Origin: a virus
Direction: 5' to 3' (one strand)
Virus record (IMG/VR): IMGVR_UViG_3300032285_001177
Length of the DNA: 64,000 bases
Under the pieces are notes generated by a model. It had not been told where the DNA came from. It did not search any database and saw nothing but the letters and a program-made list of their open reading frames with translations. The position numbers were made by a program, and so were the translations under genes. This document shows positions 11,883 to 21,095 of this stretch, piece after piece; position 1 is the first letter of the stretch, and every line of letters begins with the position of its first letter.

Positions 11883-13171
11883 TTACCGCCCTTATCCAAA
11901 TCAATGATGAATGAATCCTTCATCAACTCCATATGACATTGATGTTTATCTCTGTCAACAAAATGATTAATACCTGATATTAAGTAATTACCGGAGAACA
12001 TGTTATCATATGTATCTGCGTTAGAATCTTTACCTTCTATCGGGTTAAACTTATTAAGGTTTACATGTACCTTCTTGCCAACTGTATAGTCAGTTCTGCC
12101 AGGTACGATTATATCTATACGTGTTATCTCTGCTTGCATTAAAGTAGACATACGTTTTTGTATAGTCTTAGCGTTCGTTACATCGCCAAAGTTATTAAAG
12201 TTGCCGTGGTATTTTGGATATACAAAACCCATAGAGTTAAACCTACGGATAGCTTTCTTGGATGCTCCAGGGAATTCATTAAGGTGAGAACTCTTTTCCC
12301 AGTCTTGTAACATGTCAAACGTCTTAACTATATACTTCTTAGTTACAAGATCATAGTTAGTCATCTTGTTTGCATACATACCGCCTCTTACACGATCCAT
12401 ATAGTTGAATGGTTCAGGTATGTGTATCTCTATGATACGTTGGTATTCTTTCTCAACGTTTCTGTATGATCTACCATCAGGACCAAACTCTCTCATATAG
12501 TTATCAGATACAAATTCTTGTATGATAGGTGCTTTATATAATGAGTCTAATGATACAAAGTTTAAACCTAATCTGTTCTCAAAGAATAGGTAGTTTGACG
12601 CGCCGTCTTTATTAGCTGATGTCTCTGCAGCATAGTTAAGACTCTTTACTGGTGGCCAATAGTTTGCCACGAACTTAACACCGTTTGGAGTCTCTTCTAT
12701 GTTGATAGGTTTCTTAGATTCAAGTCCATCTGATGCAGATATAATCTGCTTTGCGATGTCAGAGCATTTACCTTGATAAGCTTTACTTGTGGCTTTGTTT
12801 AGGTCTACGATAGCTTCACGTGATATAAAGTGTAGTTCATAGATAACGTTACGATCACCAGAAAGTTCTCTGTTTGCCATCTTGTAGATATAGAACTGGT
12901 CATCGATAACCTTGTCTTTACCTTCAAATGATGGTGTATGGAACTTTAAGTTGACATACTCCTCACCCACAAATGGGAATAAGTTTGCAAGGTCTAATGA
13001 ATCTTTAAACGCGATAACACCAGAAAAGAATGGAGACCAAAGATCTTCATAGAACTCAATGGCTACTACTTGGTTAGTAACCTCTTGACCAAACCCGTTC
13101 GAAGAAACGATCTCAATCTTATCGATCGAGACATCTCCCGCGAACCGTATTGCTTCAGAATTTGCAGCCAT
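11879..13171 (-). CDS. Baseplate hub protein (gp27-like)
   Basis: Position between gp53 and gp5, size, and C-terminal FSGNYLISGINH motif typical of hub/VgrG-like proteins. Confidence 0.6.
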   Translation of the reverse strand: MAANSEAIRFAGDVSIDKIEIVSSNGFGQEVTNQVVAIEFYEDLWSPFFSGVIAFKDSLDLANLFPFVGEEYVNLKFHTPSFEGKDKVIDDQFYIYKMANRELSGDRNVIYELHFISREAIVDLNKATSKAYQGKCSDIAKQIISASDGLESKKPINIEETPNGVKFVANYWPPVKSLNYAAETSANKDGASNYLFFENRLGLNFVSLDSLYKAPIIQEFVSDNYMREFGPDGRSYRNVEKEYQRIIEIHIPEPFNYMDRVRGGMYANKMTNYDLVTKKYIVKTFDMLQDWEKSSHLNEFPGASKKAIRRFNSMGFVYPKYHGNFNNFGDVTNAKTIQKRMSTLMQAEITRIDIIVPGRTDYTVGKKVHVNLNKFNPIEGKDSNADTYDNMFSGNYLISGINHFVDRDKHQCHMELMKDSFIIDLDKGGK

Positions 13172-13656
13172 TATATAAGATCTTTAAAGTTTTTGATTAT
13201 CGTGTTTAGTAGGGATGGAGCTATTAGTTTGATTCGTCGTTTAGTTTCATTAAGAGTAAACTCATAGTCATAATTAGATACAGATGTACCATGTGCAGAG
13301 CCAACTATATAACCATTTGCATCAACATAATGATGTGTTGCATACTTATTAGCACCGTACTTAGTATCTATATACTTTTCTAGTTGTGGTATGGTTAGTG
13401 GAAAGTCATCCACATAACTATACTTATCATTACATAACATAACAACCCAATGATAGTGGGGTGAACCATATACTTTCTCAGCTATGATCTCAGGTGTCTC
13501 ACCATCTCGGATATCATACTCATCATATAGTGTTACATTAGAAAGGATCTCCTTACGAACGCGAACGTTCTGTGAGATGTCCTTAACAAGCTTATGCTCG
13601 ATCTTACCGTTGATCTTGAATGGATATAAAAATGATGGGAATTTGTCGAAGTACAT
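13171..13656 (-). CDS. gp53: Baseplate wedge protein gp53
   Basis: YDIRDGETPEIIAEKVYGSPHYHWVVMLCN LysM-like signature. Confidence 0.9.
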   Translation of the reverse strand: MYFDKFPSFLYPFKINGKIEHKLVKDISQNVRVRKEILSNVTLYDEYDIRDGETPEIIAEKVYGSPHYHWVVMLCNDKYSYVDDFPLTIPQLEKYIDTKYGANKYATHHYVDANGYIVGSAHGTSVSNYDYEFTLNETKRRIKLIAPSLLNTIIKNFKDLI

Positions 13657-14858
13657 TACATGTAATCCTGTATTTTCTCTTTAGTAAGAGTTGCAAGCTC
13701 TTTAAAGGTTAATGTCACGTTGATCTGTGTTGGCATACCATTTGCAAAGGTTGTAAACTGACCGTTAGGTGAATAGTTAACTACCATGTCTGTAAGTACA
13801 CATGATGTTTGTCTGTTAACGTTAAGGTTCTCTTTACCACCATTATAGTAGAATATATCAAACTCTGATGGGTAGATGTATAAGAAGTTGTTTGCATCTT
13901 TAAACTCTGGATGCATATGAAGTTTAAACTGATAGATGATGTTTAGTACGTTCTCAGCTTCCTTAGCATCCCTTGGATAGAACTGATAGTCGAATGTAAA
14001 CGTTCTAAAGTTAACATGTTTAAAGATCTGTTCTTTACGTGGGTTAGGTGCAAGTCCTGTAACCTTTGAGATACCTGCACTGCCAGGTAACTTAAGGCCT
14101 TGAGATAGTACTGCTGCAGCTATTGAGCCAGAAACATCTGACATACCTTTTTGTTCTGCGGCTTTTTTCCATGCTGGAGTAACACTACCTACAGCTGCAA
14201 CACCCATAGCAAATGTGTCTGTATCTTCTTCATCATAGTTAACACTATATGTAGTTGATAGGTTATTAGGTGTATGTAATGCGATAGCTGTGGCAAGGCG
14301 TTTCTTTTGGCCTGAGAAAGTAGATGCGACAGATGCTAGTACACCAGCACCAACTGCTGCGGTTCCAAGTGTTTTATATGTAGCGCTTGATAAGCCTGTA
14401 CTTGTGTAACCATTTTTTGTAGTAGTACTAGTTAAACCACCACCTAATGCAAGTCCACCTAATGCAACACCTGTTTGACCAGCCACTGCACCAGCAGCTC
14501 CAGTTCCATACTTAGTTGTTATGGCTGTGGCATTACCAGTATCCCTTGGTGTAGCATCATTGACTGTTTGTACAGAAGGATCTTTGAGTAGTTTTGAATC
14601 GATAGCTACGTTGATATAGAATACCACATAGTTTCCGCCATACTCACCCAATGGACTCATGAGGTCACTAGGATACGAGTGTTGCTCTATCTTATAAGCG
14701 TTAGCATCAAACGTTGCTGCACCACCACGAGCCTGATATAGATCACTTCCAGCTAACTTAGGATCATTGGTGTTTGGTGCCGCTTGGTTAGCTGGCTGAC
14801 TAGGTTGACTAGCTGCTGCAGCTTGCGCTGCACCGGCTGCTCCGATGCCTCTTCCCAT
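13656..14858 (-). CDS. gp48: Baseplate tail-tube cap gp48
   Basis: NPRKEQIFKHVNFRTFTFDYQFYP...CVLTDMVVNYSPNG...LTFKE. Confidence 0.85.
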   Translation of the reverse strand: MGRGIGAAGAAQAAAASQPSQPANQAAPNTNDPKLAGSDLYQARGGAATFDANAYKIEQHSYPSDLMSPLGEYGGNYVVFYINVAIDSKLLKDPSVQTVNDATPRDTGNATAITTKYGTGAAGAVAGQTGVALGGLALGGGLTSTTTKNGYTSTGLSSATYKTLGTAAVGAGVLASVASTFSGQKKRLATAIALHTPNNLSTTYSVNYDEEDTDTFAMGVAAVGSVTPAWKKAAEQKGMSDVSGSIAAAVLSQGLKLPGSAGISKVTGLAPNPRKEQIFKHVNFRTFTFDYQFYPRDAKEAENVLNIIYQFKLHMHPEFKDANNFLYIYPSEFDIFYYNGGKENLNVNRQTSCVLTDMVVNYSPNGQFTTFANGMPTQINVTLTFKELATLTKEKIQDYM

Positions 14859-14888
14859 TATAGTATTCCCACAAAGATGTTTATTAAT

Positions 14889-14896
14889 TATTTATA
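14889..14896 (-). promoter_or_regulatory. T4-type late promoter TATAAATA (gp48-gp5-fibre operon)
   Basis: Exact consensus in the divergent intergenic region. Confidence 0.8.
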
Positions 14897-14923
14897 ACAC
14901 TTTTCAGGCATAATAAATATCAT

Positions 14924-15361
14924 ATGTTTCATAAACGTAAGTACAAACCTATGTTTCCTGAGAAGTATGAGGGTGATCCAACTAATATCATAATGAGATC
15001 CAGTTGGGAAACACGCTTTGCCTCATGGTGTGATAAGAACCCATCAGTCGTTAAGTGGTGTTCTGAGGAGACTGTTGTGCCATATAGATGTCCTACAGAT
15101 AATAAGGTTCATAGGTACTTCATCGACTTTAAGATAAAGGTTAAGACGAAGGATAACTCTTATAAGACTTATCTTGTTGAGGTTAAACCTGCAAAACAAA
15201 CCCAACCTCCCGTGTACCCGGGCCGGAAGACAAAGCATTATATAACAGAGTCAGTAACGTTCGTTAAGAACCAAGCAAAGTGGAAAGCTGCGAAGGAATG
15301 GTGCAGCGATAGAGGTTATGAATTCATCATTATAACCGAACATGAATTAGGCCTGAAATAG
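14924..15361 (+). CDS. gp4: Head completion nuclease gp4
   Basis: KYEGDPTNIIMRSSWE...HRYFIDF...LVEVKP...NQAKWKAA. Confidence 0.92.
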   Translation: MFHKRKYKPMFPEKYEGDPTNIIMRSSWETRFASWCDKNPSVVKWCSEETVVPYRCPTDNKVHRYFIDFKIKVKTKDNSYKTYLVEVKPAKQTQPPVYPGRKTKHYITESVTFVKNQAKWKAAKEWCSDRGYEFIIITEHELGLK

Positions 15362-15363
15362 AG

Positions 15364-15371
15364 TATAAATA
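15364..15371 (+). promoter_or_regulatory. T4-type late promoter TATAAATA
   Basis: Exact consensus just upstream of the gp2 ATG. Confidence 0.75.
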
Positions 15372-15375
15372 ATAA

Positions 15376-15954
15376 ATGGCGCAACTTAAAGACGTATTTA
15401 AACAAAACCCATATGATCTAAAGCAAGCAGCTTTAAGATCGAAGGCATGGTTCCAACAACAGGCTATCCTATTAGGTAGACAAAACATCACATCTCAAAA
15501 GGTGATGAACTCTAACCCTAAACAAGTAAAGCCTCAAGTTGTACCTGGCAGCCTTTATATGTTTTTCTATGATCCAAAACACAAAGATACTTTACCATAC
15601 TATGATAAGTTTCCTCTTGTGTTCCCTTTCAAACGTGTTGAAGGTGGGTTTTATGGTTTAAACATGCATTATCTGCCATACCAAATGCGTGTTATGTTGT
15701 TACAAAGATTAATGGACTTTGCATCAGATAGATCATTAACAGAAAACACAAGACTTAAGCTATCATGGAGACTTATTGGTGGTGTATCTAAGTTTAAATG
15801 GGCAGAACCATGTGTTAAGCACTACTTAAATGCTCACGTTAAGTCTACATTTAGAAAGATAGATGCTCCTGACTGGACGACAGCTATGCTATTACCAGTA
15901 GAGCAGTTCGTAGGTGCAAACAAAGCAAGAGTCTGGAAGGACTCAATAGGATAA
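15376..15954 (+). CDS. gp2: DNA end protector gp2
   Basis: YMFFYDPKHKDTLPYYDKFPLV...GLNMHYLP...CVKHYL. Confidence 0.92.
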   Translation: MAQLKDVFKQNPYDLKQAALRSKAWFQQQAILLGRQNITSQKVMNSNPKQVKPQVVPGSLYMFFYDPKHKDTLPYYDKFPLVFPFKRVEGGFYGLNMHYLPYQMRVMLLQRLMDFASDRSLTENTRLKLSWRLIGGVSKFKWAEPCVKHYLNAHVKSTFRKIDAPDWTTAMLLPVEQFVGANKARVWKDSIG

Positions 15955-15955
15955 T

Positions 15956-16702
15956 ATGGCAACGTTAAACGAATTCATATCAACAGTAGCTGGTGAAGGC
16001 CTAATGAGGACCTCACGGTTTGCTGTCATGTTTACCATCCCATCTGCAGTAGCTGAAGGAAACTATAGTGGAGACATGCGTAAGGTATTATTATATTGTG
16101 ATAACATCAACTTGCCAGGTATTACATTAGAAACTACTCCAGCAAAAACCTTTGGTGAACATCGTGAGATGCCGCATAATAAGTTATTTGACACTATTAA
16201 TATGGGTTTCTATGTTGACAATTCAATGTCAGTTAAGTTATTATTTGACAACTGGATGGGAGCAATCCAAGATCCTGTAACCCGTAACTTTAACTATTAT
16301 AGAGAATATACAACTGACATAGTAGTGGATGTGTTTGATGTAGCAGATCAAAGTAGATATCAAGTAACATTATTTCAATGTTATCCTAGATCTATAAACC
16401 CAATAACAATGGACTATGGTAATAAAGAAGTAATGAAGATGACTGTAGCAATGCAATACAAGTATTGGAGATCTACAGCATCTACTAATACATATGGCGG
16501 CGCTCCAGCTGGCAATGGTCAAGTATTCTCTAATTCACAAGCAGCGCTTAACCAATATTTAGGTGATACTGCACAAGTACCAAGTACATACTTTACAAAT
16601 TTCCAGCAATATCAAACTGGATTTAACTCATTTGAGCAAGGTAGGGCTTCGTTATTCTCATCAGAAACCGCTTCTGTAGGACGAGGAAGCATTAGCTTTT
16701 AA
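15956..16702 (+). CDS. gp54: Baseplate tail-tube initiator (gp54/gp19 family)
   Basis: Tube-fold motifs LYCDNINLPG...LFDNWM...CYPRSI...MQYKYW; follows gp2. Confidence 0.75.
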   Translation: MATLNEFISTVAGEGLMRTSRFAVMFTIPSAVAEGNYSGDMRKVLLYCDNINLPGITLETTPAKTFGEHREMPHNKLFDTINMGFYVDNSMSVKLLFDNWMGAIQDPVTRNFNYYREYTTDIVVDVFDVADQSRYQVTLFQCYPRSINPITMDYGNKEVMKMTVAMQYKYWRSTASTNTYGGAPAGNGQVFSNSQAALNQYLGDTAQVPSTYFTNFQQYQTGFNSFEQGRASLFSSETASVGRGSISF

Positions 16703-16711
16703 GGAAGAAAA

Positions 16712-17209
16712 ATGGCAGATTTAAAACAAGGTGTAAGTGATAACGCTTATCCGTATTTACAAGACGCAGATACAAACGGTGATGGTTATGTAAGTAGCCA
16801 AGAACTAGCAATGTATCTAGAGTTCAAACGCAAAGAACTTGAAGATCAAGATGCACAACGCGATGCTATGCGTAAGATGACATGGTTCGCTCTATGGGGT
16901 ATGTTGCTGTATCCAGTAACTATTGTTGTTGCTTCATGGTTAGATGTAGATGATGCAGCAACTATTATTGGTAATATTGCTCCTACATACTTTGTAGCTA
17001 TCTCAGCTTTAGTCGCAGCTTTCTTTGGTGCTAATGCATACTCAGCATCAAAAAAGTCTGAGGCGGCACCACAGCCGCCAAGACCGGTGTTCCCAACACA
17101 AGCACCAATGGTTGTACCTAAACCTGCAGATACTCCAGCGCCTCCAGTATTTGGTGCTGATCCACCTGCTGATGAAACAAGAGTAACACCGACACGTAAA
17201 ATTACGTAA
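16712..17209 (+). CDS. EF-hand membrane protein (holin-like architecture)
   Basis: DTNGDGYVSSQE 12-residue EF-hand loop, two hydrophobic segments, Pro-rich tail. Confidence 0.6.
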   Translation: MADLKQGVSDNAYPYLQDADTNGDGYVSSQELAMYLEFKRKELEDQDAQRDAMRKMTWFALWGMLLYPVTIVVASWLDVDDAATIIGNIAPTYFVAISALVAAFFGANAYSASKKSEAAPQPPRPVFPTQAPMVVPKPADTPAPPVFGADPPADETRVTPTRKIT

Positions 17210-17224
17210 CATAAAGGCAATATT

Positions 17225-17653
17225 ATGAAAGCTGATGATAATTTATCAAAGATATTTGATGTAGAACCTCTTAAACCTGGTGAAGTTGCAAGTACAGGAC
17301 AGGAGATTATACCTGCCTCTAATAGAGTTAATGAGAACATTGATTTCGACTATGACTCTGCTAGAAACAACTTGCATAAGTTATTGAATCAAGGACAGGA
17401 TGCACTGTACCATGCGCTAGAGATAGCCAAACAGTCAGAGCATCCTCGAGCCTTTGAAGTTGTAGGTAACCTTATGAAACAACTTGCTGACACTAACGAA
17501 CAACTGTTAGCACTTTCGGAACGTAAGCAAAAGCTAGATACACCTAAAAATGGTGAAGCAACACCAGGGAAACAAGTCACTAATAACGCAATATTTGTGG
17601 GATCTACAAGTGAATTGAGTAAGATGATTAAAGACATGAATAAAGGAGAATAG
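17225..17653 (+). CDS. gp16: Terminase small subunit gp16
   Basis: DYDSARNNL...SEHPRAFEVVGNLMKQLAD...NNAIFVGSTSEL. Confidence 0.88.
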   Translation: MKADDNLSKIFDVEPLKPGEVASTGQEIIPASNRVNENIDFDYDSARNNLHKLLNQGQDALYHALEIAKQSEHPRAFEVVGNLMKQLADTNEQLLALSERKQKLDTPKNGEATPGKQVTNNAIFVGSTSELSKMIKDMNKGE

Positions 17654-17654
17654 T

Positions 17655-18368
17655 ATGGCACTACCAAAGATGAATGCGCCACTGTATAATGTGACGATAC
17701 CTTCGTTAAAGAAGGAAGTAAAGTTTAGACCGTTCTTAGTCAAGGAAGAGAAAGCTCTTTTATTGGCACAGCAGTCTGAGGATTCAAAGGTCATGATCAA
17801 TACACTCAAGAACATCATTGAGAACTGTATTGTAGATGAGATCGATCCAGACAAGTTAGCTATATTTGATTATGAGTATTTGTTTACTCAGATCAGAGCA
17901 AAGTCTGTAGGTGAGATCGTTGAGTTAATCTTCTTATGTGATGACTGTGAAGACGATAAAGCTAAGACACAGCTTAACATTGATATCACTAAGTTCCAGG
18001 TAGATTTTCCTGAGGGCCATACAAACAAGATCGAGTTGTTTGATGATGTAGGTATCATGATGAAGAACCCAAGCATCGACACATTAGATAAGCTTGAGAA
18101 GCTAAATGATGGAGATGTAAACAGTATATTTGATGTAGTATCAGAATGCATCGAAAGCATCTATACTACTGAGGAAGTATTTAATGTTAAGGAACAAACT
18201 AAGGAAGAAGTTATTGACTTCCTTGAGAACTTAACACAAGAACAGTTTAAAAAGATAGAGCAGTTCTTCTTAACTATGCCTAAACTAAGACAACCTATCG
18301 AGTATGATTGTCCTGTTTGTGCTAAGCACCATGTTAAGTCGATGGAGGGTCTGGCAAGTTTTTTTTAG
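17655..18368 (+). CDS. gp26: Baseplate hub assembly protein gp26
   Basis: MALPK...KFRPFLVKEEKALL...IRAKSVGE, two CxxC motifs, ends GLASFF. Confidence 0.9.
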   Translation: MALPKMNAPLYNVTIPSLKKEVKFRPFLVKEEKALLLAQQSEDSKVMINTLKNIIENCIVDEIDPDKLAIFDYEYLFTQIRAKSVGEIVELIFLCDDCEDDKAKTQLNIDITKFQVDFPEGHTNKIELFDDVGIMMKNPSIDTLDKLEKLNDGDVNSIFDVVSECIESIYTTEEVFNVKEQTKEEVIDFLENLTQEQFKKIEQFFLTMPKLRQPIEYDCPVCAKHHVKSMEGLASFF

Positions 18369-18544
18369 TTAATCTCAGTCACGAGAGCTTAGTTAACTAT
18401 TATAAGATGAACTTCGCTCTCATGCAATACCACAAGTATTCGTTGACTGAGATTGAAGAGATGTTCCCATTTGAACGCGAGATCTATGTTGCTATGTTGA
18501 TTAAACACTTAGAAGAAGAGAAACAAAAACTGGAAAATAGGTAA
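18359..18544 (+). CDS. gp51: gp51-like reading frame (first ATG at 18407; probably entered by -1 frameshift from gp26)
   Basis: Not in the ORF track. The -1 frame reads FFLVNLSHESLVNYYKMNFALMQYHKYSLTEIEEMFPFEREIYVAMLIKHLEEEKQKLENR*; its stop overlaps the next ATG (TAATG). Confidence 0.85.
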   Translation, partial: FFLVNLSHESLVNYYKMNFALMQYHKYSLTEIEEMFPFEREIYVAMLIKHLEEEKQKLENR

Positions 18545-20202
18545 TGGCAAAGAGAAGCGGTTTAACATTTAAAGACGAACAAGCATTCGCTAAGGAATGG
18601 ACTCCTAATAAGTTGAGTCCTACTGCCCTTAAGCAGATCGTAGAACAACTACGCACTAAGAATGCCGCTGTCGCTGACGTTAAACCTGCGCTTGATCCTT
18701 CTAAAGTAATAGCTCCTCCTGCCCCTGCCCCAGTACAAACACAAGAAGTTAAGAAAGCAGCTGAGACTGATAAGAAGTTAGTAGAAGGTAATAAGAAACT
18801 TAACACCAATATAGAGAAGCTTACTAAGGTGATGGCATCAGCTATCGTTCGTAATAAGATGGGTGCGAACAGAGCCGAAGAGATTGCTGGTAAACAACAA
18901 CTAGATTATAGAGGTATCGGCCAACAGTTTAAAGAGAAACTAATGGGTCGAGGTGGTGATAAGTGGGATAGGAACTCACTACGCTATAAGTTTGGTTCTG
19001 TACGAGGTTTAGCTGGCACATTAGGTATGCGAGGCGACTTCGTAGATAACAAGATGGCTGTCCGTGAAGAAGGTAAACAAACTGCAACCCGCATGATGGA
19101 AGCAAATGCTGGGATGGAGAACCTCAAGCAGTTTGGTGGTGATAAGAAGAAGGTCGAAAAGTACTATGAAGGTAAAGCTAAGACTGCGCAGGCAGCTAAG
19201 GCTAACCTACAATCCGAAGAATACAATCGTAACAAGTTCAGAGAAGCTGGTATATCAGACGAAGAGTATGATCGCACCACTGGTGGTAAGAGACAGAATA
19301 AGAAGCTAGCTGAGGCTGGCCAAGCAGTAATCAATACAGATCCAAGGATGCAAGGCGAGAAGAAGGGTGCATTCGCTACACCGCAACCTGCTGCCAAAGA
19401 AGATACTAATAGCGATAAGCTTAACGTATCACAAGAAGAAGAATCACAAACAGCTGCTATCCAAAGTATATCTAAACCATCAGAAGAACTAGTAGCTATC
19501 ACTAAGGCTGAGAATGCCCGTAAAGCAAAAGCTGACGAAGCATTACTTGCAGCTATTACAAACATGAAAGCAGCGGGTGGTGGAGGTGCATTAAGTAGTA
19601 TCGCTGATGCAGCTTCAAATCTTGGTGGTAAAGGCAAGATGTTAGGAAGAGCTGGAAGTTACCTATCAAAAGTTGGTGGTGCTAAGAACTTAGTTAGAGG
19701 TTTAGGTATTGGCGCCATTGGTGCTGCAGCTGGTTCAGCTATGCAGTGGGGCGGTGACAAGCTTAAAGAGTCTGGTCATGAGACTGCAGGTAAAGCATTA
19801 GGTGCCGGTGGTACTGCTGTTAAGTATGCTGGTTATGGCGCTATGATTGGCTCTGTAATCCCAGGTGTGGGTACGGCAATTGGTGGTGCTGTAGGTGGGG
19901 TTATTGGTGCTGGTAAAGGTATCTATGACGAGTACATTAAGAATAAACCTGCTGCAGCAGTTAAGACTGCTACTAAGGTACAAGCAGCTCAGATACCTGC
20001 AGAAGCAGCTGTAGCTGTTGCAACTAAGTCAGCTAACAATGAAGCTGCTAAGTTTAGCGGTACACTTGATAAGTCACCAACTAATATCGTTAACGCTCCA
20101 ACGACTATCAGTAAACAAACACAGAATTCAGTTATGCATGTGCCGATCAGAGATCCTGATCATTCAATCAGATCTTACTATAGATCAAGGTTTGCTAGTT
20201 AA
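18544..20202 (+). CDS. Tape-measure-like baseplate hub protein (gp29-like)
   Basis: Helical and Ala/Lys-rich with a Gly-rich hydrophobic segment (GAMIGSVIPGVGTAIGGAVGG); follows gp26/gp51. Confidence 0.6.
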   Translation: MAKRSGLTFKDEQAFAKEWTPNKLSPTALKQIVEQLRTKNAAVADVKPALDPSKVIAPPAPAPVQTQEVKKAAETDKKLVEGNKKLNTNIEKLTKVMASAIVRNKMGANRAEEIAGKQQLDYRGIGQQFKEKLMGRGGDKWDRNSLRYKFGSVRGLAGTLGMRGDFVDNKMAVREEGKQTATRMMEANAGMENLKQFGGDKKKVEKYYEGKAKTAQAAKANLQSEEYNRNKFREAGISDEEYDRTTGGKRQNKKLAEAGQAVINTDPRMQGEKKGAFATPQPAAKEDTNSDKLNVSQEEESQTAAIQSISKPSEELVAITKAENARKAKADEALLAAITNMKAAGGGGALSSIADAASNLGGKGKMLGRAGSYLSKVGGAKNLVRGLGIGAIGAAAGSAMQWGGDKLKESGHETAGKALGAGGTAVKYAGYGAMIGSVIPGVGTAIGGAVGGVIGAGKGIYDEYIKNKPAAAVKTATKVQAAQIPAEAAVAVATKSANNEAAKFSGTLDKSPTNIVNAPTTISKQTQNSVMHVPIRDPDHSIRSYYRSRFAS

Positions 20203-20568
20203 AACTACGAAAGCTATAGCAACTTTATTCTCGTCTGCTATAGATACATGGTTACAGCTAATCTTATTTTGATCTAAGTATCCCTGTAAGTCTTCTTCAA
20301 ACTTAAGTTCAGGTTTACCTAACTCATCATGAGTTACTGTAATGTTCTTGAGTACTGCTGGATATTTGAACCCAGTTCCTAACGCCTTTACGAAGGCTTC
20401 CTTTGCGGCAAACCTCTTAGCTAGAAACTTTCCTTGGTTCTTTACTTTCTTATAGTCAACAAACTCATCGTCTGTCAACATGTTTTGTGCATAAGATTGA
20501 CCAAGCCTACTTAAAGACTTGGTCATCCGTTTCACTTTAACAACATCTGTGCCTATACCATATATCAT
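20185..20568 (-). CDS. acpS: Holo-[acyl-carrier-protein] synthase (4'-phosphopantetheinyl transferase)
   Basis: GIGTDVV...LAKRFAAKEAFVKALGTG...GKP...VSIADE. Confidence 0.92.
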   Translation of the reverse strand: MIYGIGTDVVKVKRMTKSLSRLGQSYAQNMLTDDEFVDYKKVKNQGKFLAKRFAAKEAFVKALGTGFKYPAVLKNITVTHDELGKPELKFEEDLQGYLDQNKISCNHVSIADENKVAIAFVVLTSKP

Positions 20569-21095
20569 TTATAAAAATCAACCATCAATATGACACGTTC
20601 TTCGTCAGAGCCATTATATGCATTGTGGGTAACCATATCATCAAAGACAAACATCTTACCCTGTTCCCATTCAACCTTTTCACCAGCAACTTCTAAGTAT
20701 GCACCTTTTGGTGTAATCAGACCTAAGTGAGATCTGTATACATCTTTAGTGTATCCTGTATGTGGGTATATCTTAGTTTTTGGTTCAAGTATAGAGAACC
20801 CTGCAATATAAACTCCAGGAACTTCCATCACTAGTTTATTGGTAATAGGAAAATGTTTCTTGACTTCTTGTGTATACCTAAAGTCATCTCGACCTTTATA
20901 GATTAAGCCAACAGCCTTCCAACCTTGGTTGTACAAGTGTTTTTCAGGCCATGGCCAAATCAATCCAGGCATATCCATCATACCGCTTTGGCTGTTTAAC
21001 TTGACATGCTCGTTAAACTCTCCAAGGATATCCTCCCATGCATCTTGTATCTTGTACAAGAATGGATACTTATCGATAGGATAGATATAACTCAT
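20565..21095 (-). CDS. Asp/Asn beta-hydroxylase-family (AspH/LpxO-like) dioxygenase 1
   Basis: FSILEPKTKIYPHTG...RSHLGL...FDDMVTHNAYN...RVILMVD. Confidence 0.85.
   Translation of the reverse strand: MSYIYPIDKYPFLYKIQDAWEDILGEFNEHVKLNSQSGMMDMPGLIWPWPEKHLYNQGWKAVGLIYKGRDDFRYTQEVKKHFPITNKLVMEVPGVYIAGFSILEPKTKIYPHTGYTKDVYRSHLGLITPKGAYLEVAGEKVEWEQGKMFVFDDMVTHNAYNGSDEERVILMVDFYK

Noticed and set aside
16846-19983. Minus-strand ORFs opposite the gp16/gp26/tape-measure genes
   Set aside because: They are antisense to well-supported genes and show no recognisable motifs.
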